A DNA stretch of 63,971 nt, the filler included, from Olpidium bornovanus S191 (taxonomy: Eukaryota; Fungi; Olpidiomycota), in assembly GCA_017911155.1 (NCBI GenBank). It is 31 parts of 31 records of this genome, joined end to end, with 100 filler letters (N's around TTAATTAATTAA, not from the genome) between each part and the next. Parts side by side here need not be neighbours in the genome. Positions count along the whole stretch, not along the records: positions 1 to 2,467 come from JAEFCI010006294.1; positions 2,568 to 3,956 come from JAEFCI010007998.1; positions 4,057 to 5,513 come from JAEFCI010010349.1; positions 5,614 to 6,768 come from JAEFCI010006414.1; positions 6,869 to 8,965 come from JAEFCI010000766.1; positions 9,066 to 10,543 come from JAEFCI010005824.1; positions 10,644 to 14,055 come from JAEFCI010003286.1; 24 more parts are not named here. One strand, given 5' to 3'. The notes below the pieces were generated by a model that worked only from the letters and a program-made list of their open reading frames with translations, was not told the origin of the DNA and searched no databases. Of this stretch, positions 1 to 10,815 are shown piece after piece. The translations under genes were made by a program, and so were the position numbers. Numbering within the stretch: position 1 is the first letter of the stretch; every line of letters begins with the position of its first letter.

Positions 1-12
1 GCGCGCGGGGCG

Positions 13-74
<62 letters not shown>

Positions 75-133
75 GGGGGGGCAGCCTGGCCGAGCGGAGG
101 GGGAGGCGATGAGCAGAGGCCGAGCGATGCGCT

Positions 134-190
<57 letters not shown>

Positions 191-722
191 AAGAGAGGAA
201 GGAGGGAGAGAGAGAGCAGAGAGGGGGGGTCCCTGTTCGGTCGGCGAGGAGCGGAGGCGGTGCGAGCGAAGGCGCGGGGATCCGAGAGAGAGAGAGAGAG
301 AAAATCGGGAACGGCGGAGGCGAGCCGAGTTGTTGGTGGGGCGGGGGAAAATAAAGATAACCAACCCGGGAGAAAAAAAAAAAGAAAGGAAAAAGGAAAA
401 AAAAAAAAAGGGAAAAAAGAGAAAAGAAAAAGGAAAAAAAAGAAAAAGGAAAAAAAAAAAAGAAAAAGGAAAAAAAAAAAGGATTCGCCGGGGCCGCCGT
501 GTGATTGGCCGAGCGAACGTTTTCCCCCGCCGGCGCCGCCGCCAACCCGCCCCTCCATCTCCCCGGCGGGGGGGAAAGGGGCGGGCGGGGAGAGAAAACG
601 CCGCCCGTCGCTTCCCCGTTCTTTTCCCCCGCAATCTCTCTCTCTCTCTCCCTCTCTCTCTCTCTCTCAGTCCCTCTCTCAGTCTCTCAGTCTCTCTCTC
701 AGGTCTCTCTCTCTCTCTCTCT
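1..722. repeat. Low-complexity block: poly-G, (AG)n, A-rich purine tract, (CT)n
   Basis: G run in the first ~80 nt, (AG)n ~135-185, A/G tract ~370-480, (CT)n with CAGT interruptions ~636-722. Confidence 0.95.
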
Positions 723-928
723 CGCCCGCTCCGACAGACCGGGCCCCGCCCTCCCCCTTCCCGGCCCCGACCGGCCGCTAACACCCCCCCCATCCTCCCC
801 TTGCCGGAAGTCGCCCTTTGCCCGCCGCGCCAGTCCGCCCCGCGCGCCCTCCCTTTCTTCTTCGCCTGCGCCCCCCGCCCTTCTCCCGCCTCTGTCCCGC
901 GCCTGTCCCCCCTCCCCCCTTCCCACCG

Positions 929-2413
929 ATGAGTCCGGCCGTCGTGACCCTTGCCCCGGCGCGCGGCCCCGAGTCCGCCGCCTCCGCGCGCCACGCGGCC
1001 TGCCGCTCCCGCCCGCCGTCCACCGACACGTTGCGCCGCACGCGCACCCTGGACGACCCGGTCGAGGAGGGCGCAACCGAAGTGAACATCACCCGGCTGA
1101 TCTCCGAGACCCGCCGGCTGTTCGCCCCCCTCGCAGCCGCGCGGCCCCGGAGCCCCGCCGGCGATCGCCGCCGTCACCACGAGTTTATGCGCTGCTTCCG
1201 CTCGTGTTTGAGGCCCAAGGACCTTTTCCGCGGCCCCGTCCTCGTCCCTTACCGGGCCGCCGCTGCCGCGCGCCCGGCGCTTCCCGAAACGCCCAGAGAA
1301 CGGCCCCAGGGTCGCGCCGGCGGCGTCGGAACTTCTGAGACGGTCGGCGCTCGGGCCTACGGGCCGATTTCCGCGTCCTGCGCCGTCTACAGGACTAAGA
1401 GGCAGCGCCGCGCCGCGAGTGTTGCAGCGGCAGGCCTGAAATCCCTCGCGGCCCACGGAGGTTCGACGGCAGGCGTGGCATCTCTCGTGAAATCTGCGGC
1501 CCACGGAGAGTCGACGGCCGGCCTGACGTCCCCCGTGAAATCTGTGGCCCGCGGAAGTTCGACGGCAGGCCAGACGTCTCCCGTGAAATCTGTGGCCCGC
1601 GGAAATTCGACGGCAGGCCAGACGTCTCCCGTGAAATCTGTGGCCCGCGGAAATTCGACGGCAGGTGTGAGGCCCGCCAGACCGCAAACGTCGCGCCAGG
1701 GACCCGGAACCGAGTCGACTGGGAATGTCCTTGAAGAAGACGCTGGACTGAATTGCGGCGTAAGCCAGCGCGGGGCGCCTCGTCCCGCTCTTTGCCAACA
1801 GCGCGAAGCGGGGTCACGCGCCGGCATAAGTGTGACGACCGTAACGGACGCGGAAACATCAGCTGGCCCGAGACCTAGGTTAGATCACCGCAACTCCGCT
1901 GTGATTATCCTCAAGCCGGAAGTTGGCCCGTGCGGAGAGTTAAGCAATCTCATCAACATCATGAAGAGACCATCTTTTGAGCGCTCTTCCAAAGAGCAGC
2001 ATTACGTTTACCAAGCTTTGCGGTCACTCAAGCCCTTCACGCAGTTGTCGCCCTTTTTCCTGAAAGACTTATGCAAGATGGCTGCGTTGCTAGAATTCCC
2101 CGAGGGGAAAGTCGTCTTCCGCCAAGGGGACGTTGGTGAGCATTGCTTCTCCGTCTTGGTTATTTTCCCGGTGCTTTCGTCGTCGGCGGAACGGGCATGT
2201 GTGCTGACGACCGCGGTGAAACGTTTCCGGCCGAGACGCCTCGCGACTCGCGACGTCAAATTGAACCGTCCAGGAACGTCTTGGTACGTCCTGTTGAGCG
2301 GTCTGGTGGATGTATTCATTTGCCCCGAGCCAAACAACACCGGGACCATGAACAAGATCGCGCAGCTCAAGGCAGGTGACGGGTTTGGAGAGCTCGCGCT
2401 TGTTAACGACAAG
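929..2413 (+). CDS. Cyclic-nucleotide-binding domain protein (Epac2/RAPGEF4 CNB-A- or CNBD-like), 3' partial
   Basis: Removing the GT-AG intron 2136-2273 gives IMKRPSFERS...VVFRQGDVGTSWYVLLSGLVDVF...KAGDGFGELALVNDK, a canonical CNB beta-roll with a GELAL phosphate-binding cassette. Next donor is likely at 2414. The start codon is uncertain. Confidence 0.8.
1439..1666 (+). repeat. Coding 48-bp tandem repeat, ~4.7 copies (STAGQTSPVKSVARGN)
   Basis: The AAA TCT anchor recurs at 1490, 1538, 1586 and 1634 (48-nt spacing), with a diverged 51-nt copy starting at 1439. Confidence 0.95.
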
Positions 2414-2632
2414 GTGAAACTCCGCAGTCGTCTGAGCCCGCTTTGTTCCCGAGCGTTTCCCCGATGANNNNNNNNNNNNNNNNNNNNNNNNNNNNNNNNN
2501 NNNNNNNNNNNTTAATTAATTAANNNNNNNNNNNNNNNNNNNNNNNNNNNNNNNNNNNNNNNNNNNNCATGACTCAAAGTCGGCGGCAGGTTATCCCGTG
2601 TTTGCTTGCAAGCCGCCACCTGAGCAGCGCTT

Positions 2633-3014
2633 GTGCACCTCCCGACTTCTAGGGCGAGGCCGTCGCGTATGACGAGGGCGGCACTCAGCAGTTTGTTTCG
2701 TCCGTATGCTGGAAGCCGAACTCCAGCGTTCTGCTCGCTGCGAACTCTCAGGGCACTGTCAAGGTACGATATGCATGACATTGATTTGCTTGTTCTGGGA
2801 TTGTCTTTTGTTCCGACCGCTTATCTCGGCACTACTGCTTTTTGGTGTATCACGCAGGTTTTGGAGCTCGTCTAGCTCTGTTAAATTCGTGATAACGTCC
2901 GACGCCGGGAGTCGGGATCCGAGGATACATTTTGGTTACACCATGGGAACCTGTCACTGTACCATGCTCACCGCTGGTTGGTGTACGACCATAACATCTA
3001 TCATGATACAGTAA
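2633..3014 (+). CDS. Possible spliced hypothetical gene fragment
   Basis: Candidate intron 2764-2875 (GTACGA...TCTAG) joins two open frames. No recognisable domain. Confidence 0.2.
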
Positions 3015-3836
3015 TCCTAATCGCCAGGTTGAGCGCTGGACGCCCCCCCTTCCCCAGTCCGCGTTTCGCACTCTCCGTCCTGGAACCTGCTTCAAACTAC
3101 GATATGAGTGATATCCGTCGTTTACGAAAAACGCGCACACCTCAGGAGTTCGCGTCACAGGCAACTTCGAACGGCCGAAACAGACCGGCTTGTGGACCTG
3201 AATAGTTTATTTTGTCGCTCGGCTGGGGTTCGCGTCTGTACGGCTGCTGCTTCGGGACCACCCACTGTTCGTCCTCCGTTTATGGAATGAAGTACCCAGA
3301 GGAGGTTGCTGGGCCCCGTTATTGCGGGGAGGATGCGGCATGGAGAGGAAGGCGAGGTCTGAAGCAGGCGGCCGCGGCATCTCAACCTCTGGGCCGTCGG
3401 CTCGCCATGGACGCCACGGGTCGCCAGGTCCCGCAGATCAAAAGCGCTTGAGCGGCTGGCCTCATCAGTGAATCTTCGTTGCCAGTGAAGTCAAAAACCG
3501 GCCATCGATTCGGCTTACTCTGAAGCGGCTTCGGGAACGACGCGGCCGCCAGCGTTGGGCAATTTGCACTTGAACGCGCCGTTCCGCCGCTTTTGCACCA
3601 AATGCCGTCACAGGACTTTGCGGGGGAAGTCACTGCCGCCGCAGCGCAGGTGAGCCTGACAGGACGAGGCCGCAACGCAGCCCAGCGGCACCAGCGTCGT
3701 GCGAAATACTGCCCACCTCGGCAACGAAAGTCCCGGACGCTTTCGGAGCGGTCCAGCGGGGGAAGCGGGACAGGAAACTTTTATGGGGAAAGCGGGCTGC
3801 GGTTGTTCACTGGCACCGCAAACGGCGGTTTTTTTT

Positions 3837-3873
<37 letters not shown>

Positions 3874-4056
3874 CCCCCCCCCCGAAAACCCCCCCCCCCC
3901 CCCCCCCCCCCCCCGCGGCGCCCGGGGCTCCCCCCCCCCCCCCTCCCCCCGGGGGCNNNNNNNNNNNNNNNNNNNNNNNNNNNNNNNNNNNNNNNNNNNN
4001 TTAATTAATTAANNNNNNNNNNNNNNNNNNNNNNNNNNNNNNNNNNNNNNNNNNNN

Positions 4057-4933
4057 CCGCGCGCTCAAGCCGATGGGCGATGTCGAGGTCTGCCGTATCC
4101 CCCATCAGCCCGCGACTTGCGAGATACGGACCCGTACTCTCCTGCCTCGAACTACCTTCCAATTGCCACGCCAGCCGATGCTCCAGCACCTTCAAGCGCG
4201 AGATTTCCTTCCGGAGCGCGTCGACCTGCTCCAAGAGCGAAGTTAATTCAAGGCTCCGCCGCAGCTCCTCGCCGGGGCTCTTTCTGCTCTCCGCGCCGCG
4301 GGACAGCTTCCGGTGAAGTCGCTTCTCACGGTCCATCAGCCTGGCGTTCTCCTTGCGCAGCCATTCGTTTTGCTCCGTGACGGTAAACAGCTGCTGCATG
4401 TGAGATTCGAGATTTGCGGCCAGCTCGTCCGCCCGAAGCCGTTCCTTCGCCGCCCGGTCTCTCATCTCCGAAATGTCCCGCTCGCGATCCGTCAGATCAG
4501 CCTGGCGGAAACGCTTCTCTCGCTCTGCCGCTTCCAGCTTCACTTTGAAAGCGTGCGCGGAAGTGAACGACCGTCGCAACAGCGTGAGCTCGTGCGCTAA
4601 GCGGTTACGGTCGAAGTCGGCAGCGGCCAATTTTCGGTTGTAAAAGTCGACCATGGAGGCGGCCTTGTGTCCCGCTGGATACTGCTGGCCGTCGCCGCCG
4701 ACGGCCGCCGCGTTTGCCGGGCGCTCGTCAGATCCCTCTTGATCCCCGAGCGGGCCGTCTCGCCAGATGTTTGAACCCAATTCTCCGAAGACGGACGAAA
4801 CGTTTTCGCGGATGATCGCCCCGGATTCCGTCAGGAAGAGGCTTGAGTCGGAGCGTCTCGCGAGGCGGTTCTCCGACCGGATGGGAAGCTCGTCCGGCGC
4901 TTTGCGCGGCCCGCTGCGAGGGCGCTGCTCCAA
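4057..4933 (-). CDS. Coiled-coil protein, 3' partial (weak CCDC77-like resemblance)
   Basis: Long E/K/R/L heptad-rich stretch. VDFYNRKLA and ADLTDRERDISEMR loosely recall CCDC77 segments as remembered (LEYYQKKMA, DLQQREEEIAELQ). Confidence 0.45.
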
Positions 4934-5729
4934 ACCGCACCCGCCCTCCGCGGCGGGCGCCGGCGCAACGCTCTCCGGCGGCTCCGGCGATTTGTCTTTT
5001 CCGTCGGCCGGTGGCTTTCTCGTGCGGCCTTTTTCGTCCGGAACCTCCGGCGCGCTCTCGATGCGCTCGGCGAACTGGTCTTTCGGAACTGGAAAAAGGC
5101 GGCGAGGCCAAAGTTCCGCCCCAAAGTGCGTTTTGCAACGCGCGGATCTTTAGTTACGCGGAAAAAAAAAGATGTTTCGTAAAGCAAAAGAAACACTTTA
5201 AAACGGACGAATTCGATTTCGACAACCCACAAAGCTCGCCCTCCGGCGCCGCCGCCGTCGTTAACATCACCGCCGCCCCCGCAAGTGGGCATTCCCCTCG
5301 CTGTAGTTGTGACGTGGACGGTCCGGCAGGTCGCAGGAAATCCGCAAACGCCGTCTTTCCAGGGCCGTCTGACGACCGGGAGAAGGCGGCGGGATAAATT
5401 GCGGTGTTACATTTTTGGTGAACTCTCCGCGTAAAAAAATTCATTACCTGAACTGATCGCCCTTTTTGTTGCCACGGCTTGACCGGCTTGACTGGCCGAA
5501 GGGCCTGGTGAGGNNNNNNNNNNNNNNNNNNNNNNNNNNNNNNNNNNNNNNNNNNNNTTAATTAATTAANNNNNNNNNNNNNNNNNNNNNNNNNNNNNNN
5601 NNNNNNNNNNNNNCCTGGCGAACGTGAGAGGAGAACAAAGAAGAACGGATTAGCGCGCGACGGCTCTGTTAGTTTTTCTTTATTTTGTTTCGGATGAGGG
5701 GGGGGGGCAAACCGAATTTGTTTTGCTTA

Positions 5730-6768
5730 CCATGAATACCGGCGGGACGGTCGTTGCGTTGGAAGGGACGCCCGGGATGGTGGGGAGCAGTCGCGTTATG
5801 GTGACCAGCGACCGGGGGTGAACGGGCAGGTACACTGCACAGCCCCTGGAGTGCAATAGCGAGGACGACATGTCGGCGAAGAAACCTGGATAGTCTGCGC
5901 ACAACAAAAAAAACCCCCCGCGACGGTCAGAGCGCGCCGCGTCTTTAACCCCAACCCGAACGCCAGTATTTTTCACCAAAGGCCGGGACGGGGGTGGGGC
6001 GAGAAAAGTCACCTTTAACGGGCTCCATCTTCGCGTACGTTCCTGGCGGCTGCAGCAGCTGTCGCAAAAGCTTGGTCTTCATCGCCAGTCGGGACGTTTC
6101 TTGGCGTTGCTTCTGCTCGAGGTGACGGGGTCAGGGCGGGCGCGCGGGCGCAGGCGACAGACGCGTCCGCACAAAATCGCGGACCTTCTGCAGCTGCTTC
6201 TTGGACTTCTGGTACGTGGCGTGAAAGTCTTCCACCCCCAGCTCCTTCGAAGACTCCAACCCGAGATCGAGGACCTCCAGGCCGGTGAGTATCGCGTCTT
6301 CGTGGTGGACCGGGAGCCAATTGCTGAAACGGAGCGGAGCTCTTTGGTTTACTCCGGCACGCGTGATGGCCCGTGCGACTTTGCAGACGCGGGCCGACCA
6401 CGAACCTCACGAACTGAACGGCCTCCATCTGAACCCCCCCGTGCTTTTGCTTCATGAGCGGGTGGACAAACTTCTTGAACAGTGCGCCCAGATACACCCG
6501 GTTGTACTCTGTCGGCCGAATCTGATTCAACGTTTTTTTTGTTTTTTTTTTTTTTGTGACCGCCCACGCGTTAATAAACAATCCGCACGGCGCCGAGCGT
6601 TTTTTAACCCGGAGAACCGGGCGAGGGGCGCGCAGCCGCGATTCCGCCCGACTCCTCCCAAACCTGGTTGTTCATAATGTCCAGCAGCGCCTTGACCACG
6701 TACATCCCCTTGTTCCCGGCGCCTTTGACGTTTGCGGCCTCGCCGTTCGCAAATTCTTCGTACATGAG
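5730..6768 (-). CDS. Multi-exon hypothetical protein (partial at both ends)
   Basis: Phase-compatible GT-AG introns at 6522-6663 and 6324-6405 give ...LLDIMNNQ|IRPTEYNRVY...VQFVS|NWLPVHHEDAILTGLEV.... Two further candidate exons follow (KQRQETSRL...MEPVK; DYPGFFADM...PPVFM). No family recognised. Confidence 0.5.
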
Positions 6769-6909
6769 NNNNNNNNNNNNNNNNNNNNNNNNNNNNNNNN
6801 NNNNNNNNNNNNTTAATTAATTAANNNNNNNNNNNNNNNNNNNNNNNNNNNNNNNNNNNNNNNNNNNNCCAGGCGGTTTTTCTGGGGGAGCGTCCGTGTG
6901 GCGTCGTCC

Positions 6910-6949
<40 letters not shown>

Positions 6950-7080
6950 CTTTCTTTTTTCCCCCGCTTCCCGCGGCCGCGCTCCGTCCGACTTCGGGCC
7001 CCCGCCCCGCGGCGGAAGAGAAACGCCCGGTGCTTCTTCCCCTTGCAAGGGGAAGAAATCGCGCCTTCCCACTCCCAGCA

Positions 7081-8541
7081 ATGTCCTCCCCTCCCCCGAG
7101 CTCCGCCGCCGCCGCCGCCGCCGCGTCGCCTTCCTCCTTATCCTCCTCCTCCCCGCCCGCAGGCGAAGGCCCCTCCTCGTCGTCCGCTGGCCCCGCCTCG
7201 CCCCCGCGCAACGCCCCCGCCGCCTCCCCGCCGCCCCCGCAGGCCCCCCCGGTGGCTCCCGCGATGATCGCAGGTGCGGTTGTGATCGAACGAACCGGCG
7301 GGAACGGAAAAACCGAGCGTGCCCGCCCGATCTCTTCCCCCTTCCCCCCCCCCCCACCCAACGCCCCCCGCCTTTTCGTTCCTTCCTGCCCACGGGAATT
7401 AACGGATCCACCTCGACTTTTGCCGACCCTCCCCCCCCGCCCCCCTTTCTGCTCCCCTGCCCCCCCCTCGCCCTTGTTCCCTCACCTCCCGTGTTCCGGC
7501 CGGGTTGCTTTGCTTCGCAAAAGGAGCCTACCGGGCGGTGCGCCTGCCGACGTCCGGACTCGCGTCTTCGCCGCTGGGGCCGGACGACCTTGGCTTCCCG
7601 GTCAACGACCGCGGGTTCCCGGGGGGCCCGGCCGCCGCCGCCGCCGGCCTGAGGCTGTCGGCGTCCATGAGCTCGCTGGACGACGCGGTGAGCGCTCGCG
7701 CGCGCGATTGCCCGCAATCCTTTCCGATGCTTTTGTAGCAGCTCCGGTCCCCCGAAAACGCGCCTCCGTTTTGTTTGCGAGTTTGCGAGTTCGCGTTTCG
7801 CCCCCCGAAAGTTGTTTGCTTCTTACGCACGGCCCCGGGCTCCCTCTTCGCCCCTCCCCCCCCCCTTCACCCACCCTGAACCGCCCTCTGCAGAGCGCGC
7901 CGATATCGCCCGCGCAATTGCAGGGAATCCGGCTGCCGCCGGCAGAAGCCGACGACGGCGAGATCCCGTGGCCACACGCGAACCCCGATCTCGTCTCGTC
8001 GCCGGCGTCTTCCCTCCGTCCGAGCCAGGAGTTGACGAGCCAGCAGGAGCAAGGGAAGCGCGAGATTCTGGCGGTCATTCAGAAGTGAGACGGTCGGGGA
8101 CGAGGGGCTTTTCGTTTGTCCGAGCGGAAGGAGGGGGAAAACCCTCCGGTCCCGTTTAAGGGGGGGTTTTTTTTTTCGTTTTGAGGGCGTTTTGCTCGCC
8201 GTAAATTTACTCTTTCGGCTTGCGGGGGTGGGGGGGGGGGGGGGGGGGGTTTCCCAGACCCACGCCGCAGGGACGGCTGAGCAAGTGCCGGATCATACGG
8301 ATCCGAGAGTCGGGGCAGACGCAGCTGCGCTTCCCGCAGTACCACCTTTACCACGACGAAGAGGACGATCGGCAGTTCATCATGGCGGCCAGAAAGGTCC
8401 CCGCGCGCCGCGGCTCCCGCTACTGGATATCCGTTCCGTTGGAAGGGATGGAGGAGCACGTCGTGGCGAAGCTGAAGTCAGTGCGCGGACGGCCGTCGGC
8501 CGGCGCCCGGCGCGGGCGGCGAGGCCGCCGGCCGCCCTTTC

Positions 8542-8581
<40 letters not shown>

Positions 8582-8789
8582 CCCCCCCCCCCCCCCCGCC
8601 AACCCCCGCCTGACCGTCAGCGCACGCCCCCCCGCCTGTTCGTTCCGCCTTCTCCACGCGAATTGCGGGGCCAGGTCAAATTTTCTGGGGACGCAGTTCG
8701 TGGCCTACGGCATGGGACGAAACCCGTCGAAGGCCAGCGCGAAAACCGCGCACCTGCCGGTTCGAGAAGAACTCGTCGCCGTCATGTAT
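7081..8789 (+). CDS. TULP: Tubby-like protein (TULP family), 3' partial
   Basis: Exons ...-8084, 8258-8476 and 8675-8789 splice to KPTPQGRLSKCRIIR...FPQYHLY...FIMAARK...SRYWIS...VAKLKSNFLGTQFVAY...NP...REELVAVMY, the N-terminal half of a Tubby domain (KLRSN-GT-F motif). It is preceded by a low-complexity S/P/A N-terminus; the start is inferred. Confidence 0.9.
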
Positions 8790-8864
8790 GTATGTATGTA
8801 TGTATGGTTTTTTTTTTCCTGCGGGGGGTTTTTTTTCCTTTTTTTTTTTTCTTTTTCCTTTTTT

Positions 8865-8946
<82 letters not shown>

Positions 8947-10414
8947 CCCCCCGGGGGGGGGGGAANNNNNNNNNNNNNNNNNNNNNNNNNNNNNNNNNNN
9001 NNNNNNNNNTTAATTAATTAANNNNNNNNNNNNNNNNNNNNNNNNNNNNNNNNNNNNNNNNNNNNCCGTAGGGAAAGTCTTCGCCTGACAATGCACATAA
9101 ACGGCTGTATCAAAGTTCTGAACTCCGGCGTTCTCTGGCCACGGCCCCTGTATGTCCTGGCCAATATTGTATTGATCACAGGCATGCATGTAGCGCATGC
9201 CGGTACCAGCGATGTTTTCCATCGCATTTGTATGCGCAAAGAAAAAAAAAAGCAAGAACGTTGCTAAACACACTGCCGGGGAACGGCGTTTTTTCACATA
9301 AAATGTCTGGTAAACCTGAACGAACACTGCGTAAACGGCGCCGTTTTACCCTGTCATGTCACACCTCGTTGTCATGTAGCTGAGGGAAACAGCCAGAAAG
9401 AGGTTTTAAGTGTCTGCAAAGGTCCGATGGTGATTGGTTGAATCAAAAGATGTTAAAAGAAAAGGAGAAAGGGGCACGCGCGAAGGTGTCAAAGGAAAAG
9501 GAAAGGGGGAGCACGCGCGAGTCCCATTTGGACCATGGGAGTTGCTGTGTGTGTGTGGGGGGGTGTGGGGGAGCATGCCTGAAATGGTGGGAAGAAGATC
9601 GATCTGCAGCGCGTAACGTCCGCAGATAATTGCGCTGATTACTTCCCCACGGCCCTCCCTGTGCTGACCCATAGGCAAATGTGCAAAACGGTCGGCCTTA
9701 AACGGCTTTCATGCCTCCTGCGGGAGAAAGAGATGGAGATCTAGACGGCTTGTGTTGTGGTGCGAGTCGAAGGGCCGTTGTGTTTATTAGAATGCCCGGA
9801 GGTGGTTTTGCGTTTTGCGCCCTCTATCGATTGGGGGGGCCATCGATGTTCATCAGTCTAGTCGATGGGTCACGTGACTCCAAAGTGGGCGTCCACCACT
9901 ATACTTGCCTCACGCGTGAGGAAGTGGCACTCTCAGGAGGAGCTTAGGGGAGCGCGCCTATCTGAGTGCTACCCTGGCATCAGCTGAGCGCCTTTTTTTT
10001 TCCAGCTCCGGCTTCGGGTTTTTCCCGGTGCGCTCAGTTCTTACCATTGCCGCGCGTGGAGCTAAACTCCCCTCCCCAGCGGACGAGGGTATGAGCTTCA
10101 CAAGGACGACCCCCCGCAAAGGAGGAACCATGGACGTTCCCCTTTAAGCGAGGAGGAGAGTTGTGAACCATACGATGTTCTCTACGGGTCACGTGATCAT
10201 CAAACTGCCACTACTTGAGGGAGGAGCCGGCGCAGTCCGGCCCCGCCCTCACGGAAGCGCGCGGGTGGGAAGTGGGGGAGGGGGGCTTCGCGGAAGGGAA
10301 AAAGTGGGAGCGGCGGCGGTGAGGGCTGCGCGATTTTGACGCGGGTCCGGAGTGCCGGGAGCAGGGCTGGGAATTCGAGCAGACGATTAAGCCCGTGGCC
10401 TGAATGTTCCGATT

Positions 10415-10543
10415 CTACTGCGCATGGAAAAGTTTCTGCGCGTCAAGCGCTCGCCCGAGAAGTAGAGCGACTTTCCTGTTCGTCGTTGCAATGATGAAGG
10501 CGAGCACGTCCACGGCCTTGCGCCCGTCGAAACAGTCGCGATA
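10415..10543 (-). CDS. ROM2: Rom1/Rom2-type RhoGEF DEP-domain exon fragment
   Basis: YRDCFDGRKAVDVLAFIIATTNRKVALLLGRALDAQKLFH matches the fungal Rom2 DEP signature (ALLLGRALDAQKFFH). It was missed by the ORF track and ends in either an intron donor or a stop. Confidence 0.8.
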   Translation of the reverse strand, partial: YRDCFDGRKAVDVLAFIIATTNRKVALLLGRALDAQKLFHAQ

Positions 10544-10815
10544 NNNNNNNNNNNNNNNNNNNNNNNNNNNNNNNNNNNNNNNNNNNNTTAATTAATTAAN
10601 NNNNNNNNNNNNNNNNNNNNNNNNNNNNNNNNNNNNNNNNNNNATGATGCAAATGATGATTGCAGAACAGTGTTGCGGATTATCGACAGCACAAAGGAAT
10701 GGAGCCGGGAGAGTATGCATACGCACAAAGCAAAAACCAAAGAAACTTGTAGTGTACGTGCATGCGAAAAGAAAAGAAAAAGAAGGAGCAAAAACGACAG
10801 CGGCTTTACGCGATG

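Noticed and set aside
132-932. ORFs rich in F/S/L, K/R or poly-P/poly-G (also near 6813-7361, 8192-9021, 29495-30115, 49503-50048)
   Set aside because: These are translations of microsatellites and homopolymers, or antisense shadows of GC-rich genes.
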